Shown here in pieces: positions 23,540-34,400 of a stretch of 64,000 nt of DNA. The notes under the pieces were generated by a model. The model was given only the letters and a program-made list of their open reading frames with translations. It had not been told where the DNA came from and made no database searches. Origin of the DNA: Anthoceros angustus (Eukaryota; Plantae; Anthocerotophyta). The stretch covers positions 620,001-684,000 of the forward strand of contig MU008196.1 in the NCBI GenBank assembly GCA_010909165.1, given 5' to 3'. Both the position numbers and the translations under genes were made by a program. Position 1 is the first letter of the stretch, and the number at the start of each line of letters is the position of its first letter.

Positions 23540-26500
23540 CACACGACATCGCGAGGTCGCGAATTTCGGGCGGCGTCGGGCGAGGCTGCAGGCAGGCGCC
23601 GCATGCAATCGCGCCAAATCACCGTTCTTGTCGGTGGCGGTGCGCGTCGATCAGTCGGGCGGCGGCGGCGGAGGCGAATCGCGAAAGGGGAAAGAGGCGC
23701 TAAGTCGGAGGACCAGCGCGAAGAGGAGCGGGGAGGCGAGGTGGTGCTTTTCCTCTCGACCCGGCGTGAGGGAGCCGAGTTTTTGAAGATGAAGGAGAAA
23801 GGAGATGGCGCCTCGAGCAGAAATTCTCACCATGGTGGCCCAACATGGACCCTTTGGAAGGTTAGAGCTGATGATCTTGTGCGAGGCGGGCCTAGATTTC
23901 ATGGAGAAGAAATGGTGCTACGGCTGACATTAGTGCAAGAGTGTGCCCGCCAACCGAGAACCAAAACGCAAGAGGCGGCGCAAGGAAGAGGCCGCAAAAT
24001 TGATTTGGGGCTCTTCCGAGCCGTGTAGAAGAATCGGAAGATGGGAGCTCGGTGATTGACCCGCAGAGGAAGAAAACTCGAAGCTGCGGCGGCGCTCATG
24101 AAGCAGGAAGTGAGAGTTAACAATGGATGGGTGACTTGCCACCGTGTCTGTGGTTGGGTTGGCCAAGTGGATTTTGTGTTTCCTTGAATCGAAAGTTAGA
24201 TCACATGGCGGACCACTTCGGTCTTCCTTCATGAGGTGGTCAAGGGCACGCAGATCGATTGGGGAGGATGATTTTGAAAGAGCGTGTGAGAAGGCGAATT
24301 TGCTCTCCCCCCCTCGGCCTTCCTTGATTTCACCTTTTGATTCATGTGTTTGAGCATTACGGATGCCTAACGGAGTTGGAAGCCGTGTCCGCCCTTCATA
24401 GGCTGCGGTCGGAGAACTCAAGGTGGAGGAGGAGGAATATAAGGAGGATTCGGGGAAGGACTCCGGCGGTTGGGAATGCGCCTCACTAGAGGATTCGGAT
24501 GAGGGTGGGGAGGTTTCCAAAGGCAAGAGGAAGAGGGTAGCGGCAGTGAGCGGTCGGCCAAAAGGGAAAAGCGGAGGAAGAACCAGCTACACCTAGGGTC
24601 ACGAGGTCAATCGCGAGGTCGCGAATTTCCGTGAGCGAGCGGTGAGCGCAGCAGCGACGATGCAATCGCAATCGCGCCAAATCACCGCTTTGCGGCAGTG
24701 GCGGTGGCGCGGCCGATCGAGGGCGCGGCGAGGAGGGAAACCACGCCGGGCGAATCGCGAAGGGGAAAGAGGCGCTAAGTCGGAGGACCAGCGAAGAGGA
24801 GCGGGAGCGCGAGGGTGGTGCTTTTCTCTCTCGACCAGCCGCTGCAGGGAGCCGAGTTTTTGAAGATGAAGGAGAAAGGAGATGGCGCCGAGCGCGTAAT
24901 TCTCACCATACAAAGGCCCAACATGGACCACTGGAAGGTTAGAGCTGATGATCTTGTGCAGAACTGGCCTAGATTTCATGGAGAAGAAATGGTGCCGACA
25001 TTAGATTAGTGCAAGAGTGTGCCCGCCAACCGAGAACCAAAACGCAAGAGGGCGACGGAAGAGGCCGCAAAATTGATTTGGGGCTCTTCCGAGCCGTGTA
25101 TGGGCGAAGAATCGGAAGATGGGAGCGGTGATTGACCCGCAGAGGAAGAAAACTCGAAGTCAGCCGCGCCATGAAGCCTGGGAAGTGAGAGTTAACAATG
25201 GATGGGTGACTTGCTGTCTCGGTACCGTTGGGTTGGCCAAGTGGATTTTGTGTTTCCAATCGAAAGTTAGATCACATGGCGGACCACTCGGTCTTCCTTC
25301 ATGAGGTGGTCAAGGGCACGCAGATCGATTGGGGAGGATGATTTTTGAAAGAGCGTGAAGAGAAGGCGAATTTGCTCTCCCTCCCTCGGCCTTCCTTGAT
25401 TTCACCCTTTTGATTCATGTGTTTGAGCATTCGGATGCCTAACGGAGTTGGAAGCCGTGGTTCCGCCTTCATAGCCGGAAACCGCCGAGAACTCAAGGTG
25501 GAGGAGGAGGAATATAAGGAGGATTCAGGAAGGACTCCAGCTTGGGAATGCGCCTCACTAGAGGATTCGGATGAGGGTGGGGAGGTTTCCAAAGGCAAGA
25601 GGAAGAGGGTAGCGGCAGTGAGCGGTCGGCCAAAAGGGAAAACAAATTGGAGGAAGAACCCAATACACCTAGGGTCACGAGGTCAATCGCGAGGTCGCGA
25701 ATTTCCGTGAGCGAGCGTCGGAGCCGCAGCAGCCGGGCGACGATGCAATCGCAATCGCGCCAAATCACCGCTTTGCCGCAGTGCGGTGGCGGGCCGATCA
25801 GCCAGGCGGCGATCGAGGAGGGAAACCACGCGCGCGAATCGCGAAGGGGAAAGAGGCGCTAAGTCGAGGACCAGCGAAGAGGAGCGGGAGCGCGCGAGGG
25901 TGGTGCTTTTCCTCTCGACCGCCCGCAGGGAGCCGAGTTTTTGAAGACGAAGGAGGAAGGGAGATGGCGCCTCGAGCCGCGGCAAAAATTCCCACCATAC
26001 AGTGGCCCAACATGGACCACTGGAAGGTTAGAGCTGGTGATCTTGTGCAGGAACTGGGCCTAGATTTCATGGAGAAGAAATGGTGCTACGACAGCCCAGC
26101 ATTAGTGCAAGAGTGTGCCCGCCAACTGAGAACCAAAACGCAAGAGGGCGACGCAAGAGGCCGCAAAATTGATTTGGGGCTCTTCCGAGCCGCAAGGGGC
26201 GAGAAGAATCGGAAGATGGGAGCCCGTGATTGACCCGCAGAGGAAGAAAACTCGAAAGCTGCAGCCGCGCCATGAAGCCTGGGAAGTGAGAGTTAACAAT
26301 GGATGGGTGACTTGCCACCGTGTCCGTACCGTTGGGTTGGCCAAGTGGATTTTGTGTTTCCAATCGAAAGTTAGATCACATGGCGGACCACTCGGTCTTC
26401 CTTCATGAGGTGGTCAAGGGCACGCAGATCGATTGGGGAGGATGATTTTTGAAAGAGCGTGTGAAGAGAAGGCGACTTGTTTCTCCCTCCCTCGGCCTTC

Positions 26501-26790
26501 CTTGATTTCACCCTTTTGATTCATGTGTTTGAGCATTCGGATGCCTAACGGAGTTGGAAGCCGTGTCCGCCTTCATAGCCGGAAACCGCCGAGAACTCAA
26601 GGTGGAGGAGGAGGAATATAAGGAGGATTCTGGAAGGACTTCCAGTTGGGAATGCGCCTCACTAGAGGATTCGGATGAGGTGGGAGGTTTCCAAAGGCAA
26701 GAGGAAGAGGGTAGCACGAACGGGTCGCCAAAAGGGAAAACACCGGAGGAAGAACCCACAGCTACACCTAGGGTCACGAGGTCGAAATCG
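23540..26790 (+). repeat. Three ~1.1-kb tandem copies of an orphan coding region
   Basis: Units start at ~23550, ~24610 and ~25690. The shared reading includes WKVRADDLV, KIDLGLFRA, WEVRVNNGWV, GLAKWILCF and an acidic ELKVEEEEYKEDSG segment. Confidence 0.88.
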
Positions 26791-27729
26791 CAGGGACGCG
26801 TGAAGGAGGAGAAAATAAAAGGGAGACGGCAGTTGTCCCCTTTCGGTCGAGGATGAGTCAGCGCCACTAGGGAGGTTGAAGCGGATAAAGGGTAGTTGCG
26901 GATCAACCCCTAGGGAAGGGCTAATTTCGGCACCCGTGACGAGCTCAAGGACATTTTTGGCGATATCTCCTTAACCCGACCCGGCCGGGAGGCAGTGTGG
27001 CGTCGCGTCAGAACTATTGTGGAAGGGAATGGGCATGAGGCAGCCCAATTTGGGAGTCTGCAGGCTCGCCACGCCATGGCTCGACTCGGATCTTCTCGAC
27101 CAGCCATGGCTCTCACTTGGCTAAGTGTGCGGGGCAACAAGAGAAGTTGCTCAAGGAGAAGTTGGAGGGGCGGAGGGTGAGAACAAGGTGGCGGAGGAGG
27201 GGCAGGAGTGCGAGGAGGCATTGTGCAAGGCACGAGGAGCAGTGAAGGCCATGACCACCCAACAGGAGGCCCTAGTAAATCAAGTAAAAGGGCGCTACGA
27301 TTGAGGAGCTCAGAATGAGGTCATGCGAGTCCAAGAGCGGTGGAGATGATGGCGCCTGGAGAAATTCAAGCTGGGAGAGATATAAGCGGGAGAGAGATGA
27401 AGCTAGGGCCGAGTCAAGAGAGAGGCAGTAAACCAAGAAGGGCAGAGCAAGCCACCATGATGGCAGCAACCAGTGGGGAAGCAACCACCACGGTGGCTAA
27501 ACCACCGTCGTGGAAGAAGGAACCGAGGTGGGGAAGCCACCAGCAGGGCTGCAGTGGGGATCGACTCCCACAGATTCGGGAAGGCGGGGTTCGGGATTGT
27601 CCACAGGAGGAGAGGGTAAGGACCTCAGCGGAAAGGCGTATTGTGCTGCGTCTGGATGAGGATGCTCATGTCACAGCCACGCCTACATGGTGGCGGGTGC
27701 TCACTCTAAATGTGTATGTGGTTGTTGGG

Positions 27730-29210
27730 ACAGAGGGGCGTAAACCATCGCACATCTTGACGCCAGGCGTTTACGATGGTTCCTTGAGCGGGGCTGGGGC
27801 CTACCCCCAAGTGGTGATCGAGGAGATGGCGGGCGGAGGCAGGCGTGGAGGAGGAGCACACGATGTGGCTGTCCGGCGAGTGGAATAATAGGCATAGGGC
27901 CTATAGGCGCGACGCCCACGGGAAGACGCGAAGAAACCGCAGGCTGCGACAGTGAGGTGGAGGTTTTGGGGGAGAATCGCTCGGATCGGGCGTGGCGGGG
28001 AGGCGAGGCGAGGGACCCCATCGGCGCAGGCTAAGCGGCCAGCGCACAGCGATTTTAGAGGAGCGACATTGCAGGCCAAGGGTTTCTTTTTCGGGTTAGA
28101 GGATAGGATGTTTTGAGGTCATGGAGTCGTAGTTAGGAATGGTAGGAGGCTGGTAGTGGGCCATATTTTCTGACAACCTTTGGGGAGGGATGTGGGATCC
28201 ATTTGGATGTATAAGAGACCCTTTTTGTGTCTCTCTTAATAGACAATTTCAGGTGTGAACTTCCGTGTGTTGAACCTACGCGCGAAGTTGGTTAGAGACG
28301 TTTGATCGGCATCAAACTGGTTTGATGCACCGCCTTCTCGTCACAAGAAGGCCGGGAAGATCCCTGGGTGGTCGAGGCGGAGTGGCCAAGCTCCGGGAGT
28401 GGTGGAGGTAATCGGCGCATGCCGGGAGAGGGTAGGAATTTCCGGAAGGCAGGGGTGTGAGGCTGAAGGCGGATCGCCCAATCTTGACGCCAGGCGTTTA
28501 CCAGTGGTTCCTTCGAACGGGAGCTGGGGCCTACCCCCAAGTGGTGATCGAGGAGATGAGCGAAGCGGAGGCCAGAGCGTGGAGGGAGGAGCACACGGTG
28601 TGGCTGTCCAGCGACGAGGAGTGGAATAACAGGCATAGGGCCTATAGACGCGATGCCCACGGAAAGACGCGAAGAAACCGCAGGCAGCGACAGTGAGGTG
28701 GAGGTTTTGGGGGAGAATCGCTCGGATCGGGCGTGGCGGGGAGGCGAGCGAGGGACCCCATCGGCGCAGGCTAGGCAACAGCGACGCCGCTGATTTTAGA
28801 GGAGCGACATCACTGGTGCCAAGGGTTTCTTTTGGGTTAGAGGATGTTTTGAGGTCCGGAGCTGTAGTTAGGAATGGTAGGAGCGCCCGTGGTAGTGGGC
28901 CATATTTTCTAGACATCGGAGGAGTGGTGTGGAGATCCCATGTTGGATGTATAGAGACCCTTGTGTCTCTCTTAATAGACAATTTGTGTGAACTTCCGTG
29001 TGTTGAACCGAGGTTGGTTAGAGACGCGTTTGATCGCATCAAAGCAAAGTTTGATGCACCGCCTTCTCGTCACAAGAAGGCCGGAAGATCCTCGGTGGTC
29101 GAGGCGGAGTGGCCAAGCTCCACGCGGAGTGGTGGAGGTAATCGGCGCATGCCGGGAGAGGAATTTCCGCGGAAGGCTGGGGTGAGGCCGGCGGATCGCC
29201 CAATCGACCG
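27730..29210 (+). repeat. Two ~0.73-kb tandem copies of an orphan coding region
   Basis: 27750-28470 is repeated at 28480-29200 (YPQVVIEEM, WNNRHRAYRRDAHGK, LLIDNLCELP). Confidence 0.85.
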
Positions 29211-29276
29211 TGTTTTCTTTCCTGTCCTTCCTTCCCAAACTGCTGCCACCAGGGCGTGTTTTATTCCATGAAAGGG

Positions 29277-29332
29277 GGTCTGTGTGGCCCAAGGTGAGGT
29301 CTGTGTGGCCCGAGGTGAGGTCTGTGTGGCCT
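29277..29332 (+). repeat. 20-bp tandem repeat (GGTCTGTGTGGCCC(A/G)AGGTGA-like) x~3
   Basis: Directly visible. Confidence 0.8.
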
Positions 29333-29669
29333 GTGAGAGAGAGAGAGAGGATTTATTTGTGGAGTGGAAGGTTCCCCCGGAGGGGGCGGTTGAGTGTGTG
29401 CTGTAGGGGATTGTGTATGCGTATGGGGAAATCGGGAAATGATCGAGAAGAGTGGAAGTGAATGGTGGGGTCACGGGGAACTAGCGCCGGAGTGAGGCGC
29501 CGCGGCATTCGAGGACGTGGGGCATAACCCTCAGAGAAGGTCCGATCGCGGGTATCCCTGGAAGAGAAGTAAGAGTACATGTAGGTGTGTGTATGTCCAT
29601 AACCCCCAAGGAGACCGCGCCAGAGAAGCCGGGTGACAACAATCACCGCGACGACGGCGTGTGGGGCCC

Positions 29670-29826
29670 GCCACAGTGGTTGAACCAACCACTACGGTGG
29701 TTGAGCCTTCCACGGTGGTGGCCGAGTCTTCCACGGTGGTGGTCGAGTCTTCCACGGTGGTGGCCGAGTCTTCCACGGTGGTGGTCGAGTCTTCCACGGT
29801 GGTGGTCGAGTCTTCCACGGTGGTGG
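29670..29826 (+). repeat. 21-bp minisatellite CCACGGTGGTGG(T/C)CGAGTCTT x~7
   Basis: Directly visible. It produces repetitive ORFs in several frames. Confidence 0.95.
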
Positions 29827-30018
29827 GTTTGGGCATGGTAGCTGGTTACGGAGGGGTAGTGATCGATTGTGGTAGGACTGGAGTCCATAGTTTTAGAACA
29901 TCTTGACACAAAACCATTCCCTTGGGATCGAATCCTAGGACTATAACGACATAGAGGGTAAATGTGGCCTCTTTGCGTCTTCGGATGCAAAAACCCATTC
30001 CACAATGTTGCATATTGA

Positions 30019-30152
30019 GTTAGGGCGGCTTTGGTTGCTGGTTATGGCCTTTGTTTAGGTCCATGCCTTGTTTTGAGCAATTGCAGTACAGGGCTCCTGA
30101 TAGTTTTGCTAGCTTTGTGTGAGTCATGACTGCTATGCCGCTATGGCGCGAC
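30019..30152 (+). repeat. ~135-bp direct repeat, copy 2
   Basis: Matches 22491-22624 with scattered substitutions. Confidence 0.9.
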
Positions 30153-30647
30153 ACATGGGTTGAAAGCATCTATTGGAGTCTTCGAGGTAGAGGTCGAATT
30201 TGAGGTACTTTTTATTTTTGATTTATTTCAAAAATATGATCTTGAAGGACCATGCCAGTAAAATATATGTTCAAGGATGGTAAGTTCAAAATATGGGTGA
30301 AAATAAATATATGCAGTGATACGTAACATCAAAGGACTCGTTTTGAGTAGATTCGCCATTCTGGGGTTAAAGATGTCTAGTCTGGGCAACTGAGCTACAA
30401 CAGCCCTCGCATCGCTCGGGCTACGGTCGTGGGTCTCGCGCGTCGGCCCACCTGACTCAGCCGCGATGTTACGTTATGGAACATGCGCTCGTCGGGGCGC
30501 CTGGCTTAGAGGAGTCTCGGCCTAACGGTATCGACTCCTCTGCGCAGGAGCGCCCCTCCGAGCACACGTTCCGTAATACAGAGCGAATCGACCCGTAAGT
30601 TATCTTTTTCGTGGATGAAAGAAACATGATGAAAGAAACAATTGCGA

Positions 30648-30808
30648 AGGAGAGAAGTGCAAAATGAGCTTGCTAATAGCTTGGTGAAAGTGGCAATCAC
30701 GAGATCGAGAGGCGCAAAATGAGTCTGCCGGTAACTTGATGAAAGTGGCAATCGCGAGGCCGAGAGGCGCAAAATGAGCCTGCCGGTAGCTTGGTGAAAG
30801 TGGCAATC
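30648..30808 (+). repeat. ~58-bp tandem repeat x3
   Basis: GCAAAATGAG...TGAAAGTGGCAATC recurs three times. Confidence 0.85.
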
Positions 30809-31470
30809 AGAGGTTCATTTTCTGCCAGACGTTCTGGGGTGAAGGCCATCGATATGATTGGTATCGATATGGGGAAGCACTTCAACAGGTGCAAAGGAGC
30901 GCAGAAGGTAAAGTATTAACTAAAGCAATATTCATTTTGATTTCCGATTGATCTTGGCTTCGACGCGATTCATCTTGGACCTGTTTCGAAAGCTATGTAC
31001 ATACTCCTGAAACGACTTATTGAAGACTGACTTTACCGGTTAATACACCAATAGGGCTGGCAAGGCTTGGGGCTCCTATCCATCAAGAGGGCGGCCACAT
31101 TCCTGCTGCATACAACTCTACATACCAGGTGTTGAAGCTCGTTGAGGCCAAACAAAGGTAGCTCCCACAGCGCACATGCACTGGTTCACGGAATCAAAAC
31201 TGGTACAGACATCAAGCAGCCCTTATCACATCACACCAAGACGTGGATTGGCAAGACATAGGACATGTTCAACCAGAGTACCATCTACCTGGATGTATTA
31301 CGTCTACAAATATATATTGGACCTGTACACCCTGCTAGAAAGCAGCGCTCGATTGCATCCAGATGCTTCAAAAGACTCTGGCACCAGAATCTTCTCTAGA
31401 AATGTGTGCAATTTAAAACATCTACAAGTGCTGCCCAATTAGCCAGAGCACAGACACTCTACCAACTAAT

Positions 31471-34400
31471 CTAGTCAGCATCTGACCGAAAGCTACTACA
31501 TGAGACCGTGGCCAGGCATACCTGAATACTGCGATTGACCTCCATGCCAAACCACCTTTCGATTCCTGCATTACCGGTTGCAGCATTATTGCTTATGAAG
31601 CTCAATATATCATGTCCCTTGTTCGCATGTCCAACATCTGAGCCATAATGTGCCGCAGAAATGAACCCCCCTGGTGGCAGATGTCCACCTCCTAGCTGCC
31701 CAGGAGGTTGCGCACGGGCATTATGTCCCGGTTGATGAAAGATTGCATTGTGGACAGAGTGCACAGAAGGCCCGTTCACGGGGAAAATGGGAATCCCGGG
31801 CTGTCCTTGCTTAGATGCAAGACCGTGAGGTTCATGCAGGGGATGATCATGAATAAAAGGACCACCGTTCATGCCCTGAAAGAAAGGTCCCCTCTGTGGC
31901 AAACGCGCAGGCCCAATGAACTGATTAGGAACTGGGCCCACAGGACCAACCTGGTGATACGCCCCTTGTCCAAGATGTGCGGGTGGTGACTGAAAATGGA
32001 TTGACCCCGATGCTGAGGCATGCAGAAAGGACCTGCCCCCATTGTCAGGCATAGGACCATATCCAAAATAAGGGAATTCCACAGCACTAGCACCACCGAA
32101 CTGAGGCTGCATCTGCTGCTGAGGCCGATATGGCTGATGCGAAAATCCCGAGTACCCACCCGGACTTGGCCCCTGTGACACCAAGGACTGCTGTAGGTGG
32201 TGATGAAGAGGCGTAGGATGTGCGTGGAGGCCTACAACTGAGGATGAAAGGGGCCTGTACAACGGAGCGATTGGAAGACCAGATTGGGGCTGCTGCAGAA
32301 GCTGTCCCTGATAACTGGAGTAAGCAGCTTGATGCGGTCGCATAAGGCTGCCTTTCAGCTGAGCTGAAGCACTTGCTCGGGGTTGAGGTTGAGCTCCACC
32401 TGAATACCCAGCCAAACTACCATCCAGTGTTGACATCAACTCTGTTGCCTTACTTTTTGATGATGCACCAGTTCTCTCGCTCTTGCCAAATACAGAACCA
32501 TTTGAGGCAGGACATGCCTTCCCTCCACTCTCATCTTCAAATGCCCAGGAACAAGTGGAATTCTGTTTACCTGAACTGAGACTCTCCTGCGTGTCCACTG
32601 CAATCAAATCCTCAGCAATATCAGCCAAACTTGAAGGAAGCTTCAACGGACTGTCCAAAATGGAACTTCCTAATGAAGAGTCTCTTTTTGAATCAGGAAT
32701 CCTTGCAAGAGGTGACCCTTTCAGGAGAACATCATGGCCAGTTCCAAAAAACCCATCCACTTCAGCACCGATGGGTCTTGTCACAACCTGCATGGGATTG
32801 CTCAATTTCACAAGCTCCCTTTCTGTAGGTTCAACAGAGCAGCCCTCATCTTCACATAAGTTGGTCGTCAGGACACTTCCATAGCTGCCTTGGGGTGTCA
32901 ATCTCTTCGACTCTTGTGCTGTAAGTGGGTAGCCAGTTGCCCACATGAATTGGCTAACACTTGGAGACAGAGGAACACTCTCACTGCCTGATGTAGAGCT
33001 TGTTTTTAGTGCAAAACGGTCCACATCCCTGATCTCCCTATGAGATTCTTCAGAGGTCGAATCAGATGCTGCTGGTCTGGACACTCGGCCAATAGTACCA
33101 TAGGATGGCTTTGAAGCACCACTAATACCTAAAGAAGTCTGCCGGACACTGTTGAAAGATGATAGTGAGGGCTGTTGCACATCATCTTTTCCTTCAATTG
33201 CCTTGTCCGAAGGAGTCTTCATGGAGACAGGCTTATCCTGAGCTCGCAGTTCATTCATGAATGCCTTCCCAAACAGTGACTCCAAAGTACCATACTCCCC
33301 AGAGATTTTTGTGTCAATCTGCGAACTAGCCTGACCCTTGGAAGCCCAGTCCAGGTGAATTGATTCGTTAATTAAGCCCTGATAATCCGCTGGATGCACT
33401 TCTGCACTGACAGCAACCTCAACTGCTTGAGGGACTTGGCTACTGATCTTGTGAACTGAGGATTTCCTCTGCAACAGTGACAATAGATGCCGAGAGGCAT
33501 GACCATCTGAGGTCTCAGCTTGCTTGCCCTCTGAATCCAGCAAACCATTGGGCACTGTCGTAGTGAGAACCCTGCTTTCAACTGTACGATCTGCTTCAGC
33601 AATAATTGAAAGCTCAATATCTTCACAAGTAAGGAAAACAGGGGGAAGCTTTGGAATCACGGCTTCTGCTGGTGCAGAGGACTCGTGGCTCTCCTTCCGC
33701 ACTGAAATCCTCGGCAGAACCACCTTACCCCTGATATCAAGCACATCCAATGCCCCAAAGCTTGTTGATGATCCAGTATCCACAGCCGCAAGACCCTTCT
33801 CAATGTCCTCCAAGGATGGGCCAGGTGGCATCGGCAAGACTCGACCTTGGTGCTTTCGAGGTAGAGAAGTTGAAGAAACTGAATGCTGATCCTGCAGCAA
33901 AGACTCAGAAATCCCTTCTTCCACCAGTGGCCTTGACACAGATGCAGAAGACTTCCCACTCTTTGGCAAAGGTGAAAGACCATCAGCAGAGTCTGCAAGA
34001 AAACTTCCCCCTGAAATTTCTGTTGCACAAACCACAAGCCGAAGATATCAAAATCCTCTCAACACACAGCAAGCAATTTAGCCCACTAAGTAAGATATCT
34101 ACTACCAAGAAACTCAAAGGATACTACTTAAAGCCCTGTTAGAGGATACCTTCAGGATCAGACCATTTTACAAGTTTCAGACTGTCCTGGTCAAAATCAG
34201 ACCAAGCATGTTCTCCTGCGTCCAGGGTGTTTTCCTGTAACAGGCCATTAATTCATGGCAATGTGAAAGACAATCAATTCAATTGACAGACACTGAACCT
34301 AGATACAAATTCAAATCTCCTTCCATGGTAGCTTGCTTCATAGACTTGATGATGGGATGAAAACAAGCCAAGTGTATACCGTAAACAGAGGGAGTGAGCG

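Noticed and set aside
29670-29826. 21-bp repeat array as CRISPR-like or coding repeat
   Set aside because: The units are contiguous with no unique spacers and there are no cas genes. It is a plain minisatellite.
13782-30370. GGGTTAA at 13782 and 30364 as piggyBac termini
   Set aside because: Both are in the same orientation, with no matching TIR or transposase seen.
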